Of a stretch of 64,000 nucleotides of DNA, positions 38,567 to 50,224 are shown one piece after another. Both the position numbers and the translations under genes were made by a program. Each line of letters starts with the position of its first letter. Positions within the stretch are counted from its first letter, which is position 1. The stretch lies in contig OX597819.1 in the NCBI GenBank assembly GCA_951406725.2, forward strand, positions 95,418,001 through 95,482,000, in the 5' to 3' direction. The stretch is from Octopus vulgaris (taxonomy: Eukaryota). The notes beneath the pieces were generated by a model. It made no database searches and was not told where the DNA came from. It saw only the letters and a program-made list of their open reading frames with translations.

Positions 38567-41052
38567 TTGTATCTAAACTAAATCCTCATTAACTTAAGAA
38601 ATGTATGCCTTTCTGAAAACTCCTCAAATATGATAAGACTGTTGCCCAACATTTGTAATTCAAAAGAGTAGTCATTGTAATTTCTTCTTAAAGCATACCT
38701 AATCAGAATTGATCTGATAATATACTGTTTACTCAATGATATAAGCTGAAAGTTTACATTCTTGCAATTAGCCATGCAATTCTGTTTGAGGGGTAACAAC
38801 TTATGTTTAAAACCTAACTGAAACTTTCCTACCAAAATGATAAGCACCAAAGGATCTATAAAAAAAAATTCAAATAAATTAAAACAAATATTTCATTTGG
38901 TGATTCCTACATCATGTAAATGACTTCACAAAAGCCTCTCCAGATTTTAACTGTCCTTTAGAATTTTGTTAATAAGGGATCAGATTAGTATTAAGCTGGT
39001 TGGAGACCCTTAACATAATTCTTAAGTAGAATCAATGTAGTACCAGTCCTTGAATTACAGGTGTGGTTCATGAACAAGCTTTCACAGGTGATTCCATCTA
39101 CATAATTTCACTCATGATTGTAAACCAAACTCCTTAACTACAGGTCAATACACCCAGCTACATATCTATATATATATATATCTGTTATAACATATCTGTT
39201 ATAAATCAATAAATTAATTTTTTTTTAAATATAAGAAGTATTTGGTGTTACAACAGATTTACACCTAAAAAAGATTACATTTGTTAAAAAGATTGCTTTC
39301 AGCCTTGAACACTAACAAACTTTCAACTTAAAACTTATGTCCATAACAAAACCTAAACAATTTTTGTGGTAGTAAAAATTTAAAAGTAAAAGCTTAATTA
39401 TAGGATTTACATGATGAAATATTACTTTGTCTATTTTCTGCAATAGTATAAGTTTTCATCTTTATCAGGTGGGGATAATTGATTGCTTGAAGTTTATGCT
39501 ATTCTGAAAAGCCAAGTTTCATAAGAGAGTTGAAACAAATCTTACATTTATTAATAGTTATCAGTCATTGGACTTTGCAATGTTAGGGGAATGAACTGAA
39601 ACCTAGTGCAGATATAAATACTGCAATATTATAAACTCTCAAATAACAAAAAAAAAATTGATAATAATAAACAATTCACTTCAGATATTTAAGTCTTCAA
39701 GTGCATATTATATTTTAGTTTGGTGGAGAGGGTGATTCAATCATTGAGATTTTAAATGAAAATATTACTTTGCTTTTTTATTTCCTGAATTTTCGACCAA
39801 ATGGCCGACAGCTATTATTACATAACACAATTATGTTTATGTAATAACAGATGTATCAGTGTCAAGGAGTGGAAAAGATTATAGTTGAAAAAGGTGAATA
39901 AATAAGAGCTAAAAAAAAAAGTGGTGGCCTGAGTCAGCAAAAATTATACAGTGAATTTGATGTGTATATGGCAAAAGGGAGGAGACGAATCTAATGTTTG
40001 AACTTTAAAAAAAAGTTTCTTTTTCTCTTTCAGATGAAAGGGCGACCCTCCGAAACGTCAGATTCTTTTTCTCCCCCAGTATACGAACTTATAATCCAAA
40101 CATATAAGCTTCACTAATTAAGAGTTGCCACACAGTAACCATTTCGATAGTCCTTAAGTTTTTGACACAAAAACCCTTGAAAAAAACCTCGAAGGTGATG
40201 TACACATTTGAATCTTTTAAAGATACTAAACTAAAATTAACGATATTTATATTTATTTTAACACCGCAGAAAAAAAAATAGGTGGCTGTGAACTCTGGTA
40301 ACCTTCTCAGTATTTTGACAACTTTAAAATCGATAGGGGGGTTTTGTGAGGAGAGAAAAAAATGATGCTGTTTACAAATATGCACGTAATTGAGACATAC
40401 TAGATGGTCCTTACACAATGACTGCTAATTCAAAATATTCTTACGCAGTGGATTAGTCAATGAAGACGGCGTCCAAAACCTTTATTAGGGCCTTATTAGA
40501 AGGTGGAAGGAAAGAATGGGAAATTATCCCCAGGCAGGAGAAATGCCCATCCCCACCAAATTCTTGCGAAGTGAAACTTATCAAACGCAACCAAGAACTA
40601 AGTGAAGGTGAAATGAATACAACCAAGAACCAAGTGATGGTGCGATGAATAGTTTACCATCTATAATACGCAATACGAACAGAAGCCAATTAAAAAACAA
40701 AACAGACACATGTAAGAATTTCATATCTTGTCACCTGTACAAGAACAATCTGGGAGTCAATATTCACTAATTACGTGTCATATATATATACGCACACACA
40801 CAATCTGTATGTGTGTGTGTGCATAAAGTGGATAAATAATCGTTATCTTATTCTTACAATTTGTGTTCGTAGTGTATAATGCAAAAAACACCAACATTTT
40901 TGCACATTTTAGTTAACTAGTGTATCAATAATGTATACAATAATTTCATTATTATTATCAAAATATCTGGAGGTATAAATGCAATTATATATATCGTTAG
41001 ATCAAAAGAGTCTATATCATTAGATCAATAAAACACTACTTCTATCACTTAC

Positions 41053-41150
41053 CTGATTAATAGTAAAGGTGTGTGTGGAAGATAAATATAGAAGTTACCT
41101 CTGACATGTGCAGGTAATAAAAGTCAAGTAGTGAGAAGAACGGAAGTTAC
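41053..41150 (-). promoter_or_regulatory. CIAPIN1: Probable CIAPIN1 non-coding first exon and core promoter
   Basis: Consensus donor CAG|GTAAGT at 41053/41052 on minus; ETS-type CGGAAGT at 41141-41147; CpG-retaining region. The coding exon has an acceptor just before the ATG, so an upstream UTR exon is needed. TSS position approximate. Confidence 0.6.
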
Positions 41151-41599
41151 AACTGTTCAGAAGTAAATATTTATTTTTGTAATATTTCCCAAAATCATCG
41201 TGAAATATAAAACACGACGAAACGAAATGAAGTAAAAAAAAAAAATGATGTTCCGAAGATATTATAGAGGTGATGTGAAACGTTTGTTAAACATGGATTT
41301 AACATTTTTCAAAATTCTATCCCTATTTGCTTTGAACTGAAGCATACTATAAAATGTGGAAAAATCTCGAAAAAAAAGGGAAAGAAAATTTCGATTTATG
41401 TGCGACATCTATTCACCTATTCCACATTTTGGAACACTTGTAATCCTCATTTTTAGAGACATATAGGACCAAATAGCAACAGCAAGCCGTAGTATAGGGC
41501 AGGAGGGAGAGAAATTTTATTCACTGAAACCATTGCGCATTAAAAAGATATTAGAAATAATGGGCGAAGGTAAAGAATACGCACACCCGGTGTTTAGGG

Positions 41600-42273
41600 G
41601 GTAATTTTTCAGAGTAACACCTGCACGATTTTCACTAAGGGGAGGGGGGAACTCGGATTTTTTGCGTGGAATCAAGTACCCAGACTTCCTAATATGCTGC
41701 AAATCCCTTATTTTGGTTCGGGAAAAAAAGGTGCCCAAGGTGGGTGGGACCCCACCCCCGGTCCTGGATTCATTGGGAATTTTTTTTCTTTCGTTGAATG
41801 AATTCCTATGACATCCTATTATGCGACAAAACTCTTTTGGGGGTGCGAAAAACGGAGTGCCGTGAGGTGGAAGCCTCGGAAATTCCACTCACCCCTACCC
41901 TCATTGATCTTTTCACCAGCACGATTTCACTAAGGAAAAAAATTTTCCCGATGAATCCAGGACGGGTTTCCCTAACCCTGAAAAGATCAATGGGGATGGG
42001 GTGCGGTGGATGAAATTTCCGAGGCTTCTACCTCACCCCGCTTTTTGGAGCCCAAAAAGGGTTTTGTAGCATATTAGGATGTCACAGGAATTCATTCAAC
42101 AAAAAAAAAATTCCAATGAATCCGGGACCTGGAGGGGGGAATGTCCCCTTTTCCGAACCAAAATAAGGGATTCGCAGCATATTAGGAGGTCAGGGTTCTT
42201 GATTCCACACAAAAAATCCAAGTTTTGTTTTTTCTTTGTGAAAATCGTGGTAGTATTACTTTGAAAAATTACC
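41600..42273. mobile_element. Fold-back MITE with ~290-bp TIRs, GG termini and 8-bp TSD (Merlin-like)
   Basis: GGTAATTTTTC...GAAAAATTACC; arms align over ~290 nt; TSD GTTTAGGG at 41592-41599 and 42274-42281. Confidence 0.85.
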
Positions 42274-43780
42274 GTTTAGGGTTAGGGTTTTTGTTACGCC
42301 GAAAACGGACAGTATGTATATACTTTACCTCCGCCAAAATGACGTGCGACAACAACAACAAATGATAATGGATTTTTTTCTATTTTTAGAAATCTTGTTA
42401 TTATGAATCGGAAGATGAGAACACACTCCCTCTCTTACACATGCACACATACAAAAAAGAGGTATATGAAAGATAATGGATGTTAGTGTGTGTTTGTGTG
42501 CGCATACATGCACACAAATACGCACACGTACATCCACTATCTTTCATATACACGTACATGCATCTTTCACTTTCTCCTCTCACTTCAAAGCAAATGTTAC
42601 CTTCCACGGTTCATGACAACAAAAGTAAATAAATAAAAAATTTATGGGAATTAATGAACAATCAACTGATCGAATTTGACAATTATGCTGCTAAAGATGA
42701 AAGAATGCCCCCAAAAGGTGTGTAATCAGTAAAGATAACAAAAAAAATCCAAACAAGGAAAATTCCCCAAAAGGGAGGAGACTTCTGAGAGCTACACTTG
42801 GAAAACTCCAAAAGCCACAGTTGATCTGACAACAAGGGCAAGTAACTGCTACTTGTGCTTCAACATACAGGCATATGCTCAGTGTAGACCTAGTCACTCG
42901 AGCCATGCTCACCACTCTCACCCACTCTTACTGGGAAACAGCATTCCTCTCTCCACCCCCACTTACCTTTTCAAGTTACACCTGAAAAGTTTCCAAAGAG
43001 GTGAGTGTCTGTCCTCAGCCCTTTGAATCTAATCCATCAAACAACCACCAGATAAATAAATACTATCTATACTTCCCTGCCAAAGGAATGTGACTGGACG
43101 ATCTTCACAATGGACTGTGATATGGGTGGGGGCATAATACACCTATCTTGCAGCGTTGATCCTTTCCAGACGTAGGAACCCTCCCTGCCTAACTTCTGGC
43201 CAGAACCTAACAATAAATTTCCTCAACTCACACAGCCACATATATTTGTCTAGTACGACAGCCCTCCCAAAAAAGAGTCCCACGCTGGTCGTGCATCTTC
43301 TCACATGACCTCCCTCTCTCCTTTTCTTCTAGCAAGGTTTCTCAGTCGTTCACATGACGTCACTGACCCTATATTCGTGACCACCTCAGCCCCACCCCAT
43401 AACTGTGATCTCAAAGATCACCCCATCACCTCACTCCATGTCAAAATCTGCCATCCACCAGGGTAGACATCTCACCTGCTGTAACCTCCATGGAGATGGC
43501 ACACTGCTTGCATCTTCTCCTCCTCCTCCTTCATCAAATCTTTCCTCAACTTTGACCCGCTAATAAAATATCTAGATATTTTTTTTGGTGTTCAACTATC
43601 CAAATTCTTTTCTCTGTTGGGTTTCTAGTAAATTTTTTTTTTTTTCCACACTAATGTCTAATTTGATAATTTTCAATCTTCAAAAACTGATGTATAAACT
43701 GGGGCAAAATGAGTAAGACTAATTTCAATAATATCTTCTCTTCAACTGCATAGTGCATAAATGTACCAGGAAGAGAGCCA

Positions 43781-44245
43781 GGTGGGATTCTCTTTAAGTA
43801 CCCTCATATAACTTTTTTTTTATTTTGGGGAATTTTCTGAAAATTTTTGTGAATCTGTATTCTACACAAGAATTCAGGCAATTATGAAAAAACCTCAAAA
43901 AATTTTGTCTTATCTAAGGACTATTTAGCTGTTATTTTGAGCACATCTCACGACCATTTGATACTTGCCTTCTTTCTTTGTCATGTCACTCTTACGTAAT
44001 GATGATACTTTTCAATATCTTTCTCCCCATAAACACATTTAATGGTCTATTGCTGAGATTTAAGTAAATAAATTCGAACTATCTGTGATTTAAAAATAAA
44101 AATTCAAAAGATTTTTCTTAAATCCTTTTTCATAATTGTACGAAGTCTCGTGTGTGGAACACAAATTCACAAATATGTTTTGAAAATTCCAAAAAATCAA
44201 ACAGTTATGAAGAGTTATATGGAGTGTTTAAACCAGAATTCTGCC
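43781..44245. mobile_element. Second, older long-TIR MITE with GG termini and 8-bp TSD (Merlin-like)
   Basis: GGTGGGATTC...GAATTCTGCC; imperfect inverted arms >120 nt; TSD GAGAGCCA/AAGAGCCA; the empty site is seen in the host copy at ~33347. Confidence 0.75.
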
Positions 44246-44839
44246 AAGAGCCACTCCAGCAGATCATGAAGAAGCTATAGAGAATATTTTATGCTGAGTT
44301 TTGTGATTTACACAACTAATTATTAATGTGGTGTGTACGTATCATTAAAGCAAATCACCCCCAACAGTATAATCAAGTCTTGAACATCCTTGTTAGTGCA
44401 GTAAAAGAGCAGGTAATATCATCAGTGTGATGAAATGAACATCAAGTGTATCCGATTGTTTGTCACAGGGAAGGAGAGAAAATGCAATGCAGGATTGTAA
44501 ACAAAGGAAAGCCAAGGCCCAAACTTCTGAATGACACCAAAGACAGGATGATACAGATTGATTTGTAAAAAGCACTTGTTTTTTCCAAGTCATATTGCAA
44601 CATCCTGGCCTGATGATACAGTCTCGCTTGACATACAAGTTTCGATGGTGGAGGTGGCATTGGACTTGGAAATCAATACAAGAGAGGACTCATAAAAGGA
44701 AGTGCCTTAAATGTGAGAGATTTGGGAAATAGTGTTAGGAAAAGCAATGGCAGTGTACAGAACTTCTTGAGATGGGATGTTGTGGGGTTTGTAATTGTTT
44801 CACTACATTCTACTTGGTTGACAATAGATTTATAAGCGA

Positions 44840-45175
44840 CTAGCAGATATACCCGGCATTGCTCGGGATTAAAATGACATAGTTATTTATTCTTTTACTT
44901 GTTACAGTCATTTGACTGTGGCCATGCTGGAGCACCGCCTTTAGTTGAACAAATCGACCCCAGGACTTGTTCTTTCTAAGCCTAGTACTTATTCTATCAC
45001 TCTTTTTTGCTACGTTACAGAGGTGTAAACACACCAACATCGGTTGTCAAGCAATGGTGGGGGTACAAACACAGACACACACACTCACACAAATATACAT
45101 GTATGTATGACAGGCTTCTTTCAGTTTCCACCTATCAAATCCACTCACAAGGCTTTGGTTGGCCCAAGACTATAG
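44840..45175 (-). mobile_element. Helitron 3' end (44840-44870) abutting a partial tRNA-SINE (44888-45175)
   Basis: ctagcagatatacccggcattgctcggg; then SINE body as at 62597. Confidence 0.7.
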
Positions 45176-45243
45176 TATATATATATATATACACACATAT
45201 ATATATATACACACACACACATATATATATATATGTATTTATG

Positions 45244-45324
<81 letters not shown>

Positions 45325-45561
45325 TAGAAGAAATGAGGTACTCAGAAATTCGGATGGTTTTATATTTACAGATATTTATTTGTACATTACATGTTTTTAT
45401 ACATCATATAACTTATATCATATATCATATATTAGTGCTTTTGTCCATTCTGGTGGATTTTTCAAATGGAACTAAGTTCCTGTGGAAAAATTTTGACCAT
45501 TTTATAGTGTTATTGAGTGTGTAGTGATGGGGAGGGATATAAGATAGTACAAGAGGGTGAA

Positions 45562-45700
45562 GCCCATGTAGCATGGCCGTTCGTACACATGCGTTATACA
45601 GTCTACCTTTTACTCTGAGTAAGAGGCCCTTTGTCACCAGCAAAGGTAGGAGCTCTCTGAACTTTGCCCAGGCTATTCTTATTCTAGCAGCGTCCTCGCA
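45562..45700 (-). mobile_element. RTE RT fragment
   Basis: [42 protein letters not shown]. Confidence 0.85.
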
Positions 45701-46381
45701 TTTGGCAGAATTCATAAACAAACAATAGCCTTCAACCTGCATACTCTACACCATCATTTTTATGCATTATAAGAAACCTACCTTACATAGGAGATAAACC
45801 CTATGTAGGGGTGGGGATGGCATTAAGCCTTTAGAAATGTTCATGGGAGACAACCAAAGGATGACAGAGGAATGCGACTTCTGGTACAGGTGGTGGGGGT
45901 CGGAGGGTGGGAGTACCACGAAATAGCAAAATTAGGGAAAAGCATCTTCTGGGTTCGTATTCTTTCAGCGGAGTTATTAAAATGAAGTAGTAGAATCCAA
46001 GTCCATGCGCTAGTTTATATAGGATTTGGTGGTGGAGGAGGGGGAAGTGTTGGCGAGGCAAGTGGTTATTGAAACAGAGAGTGAGATAGAGTGAGAGAGC
46101 CAAAGTTAGACTGGTCAAGGATAGAACACAAGAGAGAACAATATTCTTTTGGGATTTGGGGTAACATAATTTAATGAAACAGCAAATGCTGATAATAATA
46201 ATAAAACAGAATTGAAAAATCTTAGAATTTTCGGTCAGCCAATCTGTGACAAAATTAGAGAAATAAGTGACAATGTGACAAACTTGAATAAATGAATAGG
46301 TGACGAATAGTAAATGCGCATGAAGGAACTTAAGTTTGTTTTAAGATAACAGCAGTTTTGTCTGGTTAATCTCAAGACTGC

Positions 46382-46962
46382 CAGGAGTGGCTGTGTGGTA
46401 AGAAGCTTACTTCCCCACCACATGGTTCCGGATTCACTCCCACTGTGTGGCACTTTTGAGAAGTGTCTTCTACTATAGCCTCGGGCCAACCAAAGCCTTG
46501 TGAGTGGATTTGGTAGATGTAAACTGAAAGAAGCCCATCATATATATACATGTATATATATATCATCATCATCATCATCATCATCGTTTAACGTCCGTTC
46601 TCCATGCTAGCATGGGTTGGACGGTTCGACCGGGGATCTGGGAAGCCAGAAGGCTGCACCAGGCTCCAGTCTTATCTGGCAATGTTTCTACAGCTGGATG
46701 CCCTTCCTAACGCCAACCGCTCCGTGAGTGTAGTGGGTGCTTTTTACGTACCACCTGCACAGGTGCCAGGCGAGGCTGGCAACGGCCACAGTCGGATTGG
46801 TGTATTTTATGTGCCACCGGCACGGAAGCCAGTCGAGGCGGTGCTGGCATCGGCCACGAGTCGGATAGTGCTTTTTACGTACCACCAGACCAGGGATCCT
46901 GGCTGGTTCAATTCGATTTCGATTTCGCTTGCCCCAACATGTCTTCGCAAGCAAAGGGGGTT

Positions 46963-47011
<49 letters not shown>

Positions 47012-47205
47012 GTGCTTCTTGTTTGTGCCTTGACAACCGATGTTGGTGTGTTTACGTCCCTGTCACTTAGTGGTTCGGCAAAAAGAGAGTGATAGAATAA
47101 GTACTAGACTTACAAAAGAATAAGTTCTGAGGTCAATTTAACTAAAAGTGTTGCTCCAGCATGGCCGCAGTCAAATGACTGAAACAAGTAAAGGAGTAAA
47201 AGAGT
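46382..47205 (+). mobile_element. tRNA-derived SINE with an RTE 3' tail (46562-46965, minus) nested in its central TA microsatellite
   Basis: A-box TGGCTGTGTGG, B-box-like GGATTCACTCC; 3' gaaacaagtaaaggagtaaaagagt tail; nested (CAT)n-tailed element. Confidence 0.85.
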
Positions 47206-47243
47206 ATATATATATATATATATACATATATATGTTTGGATTA

Positions 47244-47291
<48 letters not shown>

Positions 47292-47639
47292 AATAGGGAT
47301 AAGATCGTTATTTAAATATCGATCTTATCAAGTGGCCAGGATGGGGATAAAAACCTCGTATTCCCCATCTCTTTCCAACCCCTTCCATCGTCAGATTCGG
47401 CCGGTATTAGTCCTTGCCCATCCCTTTATTCACCCGGCAACTCCCGTAATAGGCAACTTATCGCCATCGCCTCCCCTCATCAGCCGAACCCCACCGTCAC
47501 TATTAACGTGCTACATCCAACTCCCGTCTCTACCTCCAGTGCTAACCTTTCCCCACTTCCCCGTTACAGCTAGCCTGCCTGCATCGCCTCCTGCACCTTA
47601 CCCGAGTCCCACCACGAGTTAATGTCTGAATTCTAATTC

Positions 47640-49340
47640 TAATGCGAACCCCATTGATACTGCCACTTCAAGCTGTGTTTTGTGCACCCGTACAAGTCGC
47701 TATTTGAAGACCATCAAATGTCACTCGTGCAGTTTAAGTTGTCACAGGAGCTGCGTCGGCATTACTAAGGTTCAAACCGAAAGTTTTTGTGAGTGGACAT
47801 GCAACCGATGTCACTTCAGCTCTGACATCCTTAGTAGGACAGAACCTAACTCTGAAATCCAGATCCCCGTTGAAGATTTTACCGCCGCCCTCCAGGGTTT
47901 GTCCAAGCTGAAGCTCGTCAATCGGATCCCTAAGGACGTTCGCATCTCTTTCGCCCGTATTCTCTCGAAACTGCCGAAGAACGTCTGCCTAACCAACAAC
48001 ACCTCGGATTGGCAGAAACTGTTCCAGTTCCTTTTGATCTCTCTCCACATAACTGTAGTGGATGTGTGTGTGTATAAATAAATACATAAATTGTTTCATG
48101 ATTGAAAAGGGATTTATTTACACATCTTCCGCGCAGTAAGGAAGAATTCCCCACAACTTTATCACTTTGCTTAGCAAGCCTATCGGGAGTCCTCCTACGT
48201 TTCGTTTGGTGACCACCTCCTCCCTTCTGCCTCTGGAGTCTAACAGGGTGATACCCTTGGTCCTACCCTATTCGCATTGGGTATTGATGATGTTACCAAG
48301 ATGGGAGCCGACCTAGACTTAAATGTCTGGTACCTCGATGATGCTTGCTTGGAAATCCTTCCTGACAAGGCGCTTGCAACTGCGAGGATGATAATCGAGG
48401 AGCTTTTCGTAGAGGTCTTAGCATTAACAGCTTCAAATGCGAGCTCTGGCTCTTCAACCACCCAGCTTCGCATGAGCAGACTACTAAACTATATGTTGAC
48501 CCCACCTTCAATCGCGATTCCTCCTTCATCAGCGTGGTGCTCCCTTGGATCCCCAATTACTGACCTAGCTTTAGAGTCCATCTTTAGATAAAAAAAAATG
48601 GCTAACTTCGAACAACTTTTAAAAACCTTGGAGTAATTGAGCCCCACCAAGGGTTTTTTTAATATATACTTAGGAATTAGTTGTCAATTCCTAAACTACT
48701 GTATTTTCTGAGGGCTAGTCCCTTTTACAGATTCCTATCATCCCTCCAATACTTCAGGAAACTCGAATGCTTGGTCAATGTCAAACTCTTACCAGACTCC
48801 CGCGACCAAGCTGCTTTGCCCAAACGGTTTGGAGGTCTAGGTCTGCACAAGTGGTCGTTTTTATCTCTTCTTGTTTTTTTCCCTCCATCCACGCTTGCTC
48901 TCCTTTGGTAGGCAACATCCTCTCCTCTCCAACGTGGACTAATTCCAACAGGGAGATGGATGAAGCTCTATCACAGTAGAGAGAGCTGGGTTTGTCAGTT
49001 CGGGTTACAGTGGGGATAAGACGGAAACAGAGCATGGGACAATCTGCGTTCAGGTGTCACTTTCAACTCTCTCTTTTATCAATTTGATCAATTTTCAATG
49101 TGTCGCTTATCTTCAGCTAGTGTAAAATTCTCAGGGGATTGGATTGATGCCCTGCCTATGGCCAATATTGGAGGTGTACTCAATCTAGATGAAGTCCGCA
49201 TCTCCATCGCACTCAGAGTGAGAGCTGACGTTTGTAGGGGACTGAGGTGCCGATGTGGTAAGCCCCTCGGGTCTTCACGGTCTGTCTTTCCTCCTAAATG
49301 CTGGTCGCTTCGCTCGTCACACCGAGCTAAACCTCGCCAG
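47640..49340 (+). mobile_element. Decayed CRE-clade-like (RLE-type) non-LTR retrotransposon with N-terminal PHD finger
   Basis: PHD-like CVLC..CHSC....H..C..WTCNRC; RT GV*QGDTLGPTLFALGI and WYLDD; QAALPKRFGGLGL; SGDWIDALP; CRCG..HGLS..GRFARHTELN; internal deletions and stops. Confidence 0.82.
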
Positions 49341-49368
49341 TTCTGGATTATATCGATAGAAGTATGTA

Positions 49369-49493
49369 CAGTGTTGATTTAAATTTTGCTATGGTGGATC
49401 GAATCCACTTCATGCATGCAAGATTTGCTACACACGAATCTTGCATGCATGAAGCAAATTCGATCCACCATAGCCAAATTTAAATCAACACTG
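49369..49493. repeat. 125-bp near-perfect palindrome (MITE-like, CAGTGTT termini)
   Basis: cagtgttgatttaaattttgctatggtggatcgaat...attcgatccaccatagccaaatttaaatcaacactg; no TSD seen. Confidence 0.85.
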
Positions 49494-49934
49494 CTACAAC
49501 TACTTTACATAAATCACTTCGAAAGGAAATATAAAACGTCAAGTCGGGTTGAGTAGGATTTGACAAGGCAATTTGTCCAGCATTCACTGTCCTTAATATT
49601 TATGAATAATAAGTAAGGTGGCGAGTTGACAGAATCGTCAGTCTTTACGTTCTGAGTTCAAATTCCGCCAAGGTCGACTTTGTCTTTCATCCTTCGCGGT
49701 CGATAAAATAAGTACCAGTTGAGCACTGAGGTCGATACAATTGACTTACTCCATCCTCCGAAATTGCTGGTCTTGTACTAAAATTTGAAACCAAAATTTA
49801 TGAATAATAATAATCAACCTTATTTCTTGTCGGGTAGATATTCTGGATCTATCGACCCTGGCGGAACTTGAACCCGGAACGTAAAGAAGGTAAACTTAAT
49901 TTGTTCATCGCTCCTGCCAGTCTACTGCTCTTTA

Positions 49935-50100
49935 TTAAATTCAAACAGCTAGTTCGGTGGCAATTTTAGCCAATGACAATCGAGTATTTCTCTGTTGCCG
50001 AGCAGCTGTTCATTGATTGGTCAATATGATATTGCAGGGAAAATTAAAATTTTCAGTTACAGATGCTTGTTTGTGATTATTAGGAAACTTGAATAGAGGA
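49935..50100 (+). promoter_or_regulatory. Probable TPX2 promoter with two CCAAT boxes and CHR-like hexamers
   Basis: AGCCAATGA at 49968-49976, TGATTGG at 50014-50020, TTCAAA (reverse TTTGAA) at 49940-49945, CTTGAA at 50088-50093; CpG retained; 130-290 nt upstream of the ATG. Confidence 0.5.
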
Positions 50101-50224
50101 AATAGTTTGGAATCTCTATTTTTTTTCTCTCCGCATCATTTTTAACTTTAAGAAATTAGAACCATCTCTTCAATTCTAGTGTCTTAACTTCATTTAGAAA
50201 TTATTTTTTTTTTAGTATTTAGAA

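Noticed and set aside
38578-38850. 90-aa minus-strand ORF as an independent gene
   Set aside because: Non-ATG start, no recognisable motifs, AT-rich intron.
42274-42290. TTAGGG repeats as a telomere or interstitial telomere
   Set aside because: Only about two units, part of a TSD and surrounding repeat.
43355-43362. Perfect CREB site TGACGTCA
   Set aside because: A single 8-mer in probable decayed repeat sequence, more than 2 kb from the nearest inferred TSS.
46382-46450. tRNA gene
   Set aside because: The A and B boxes belong to a multi-copy SINE head; no complete cloverleaf.
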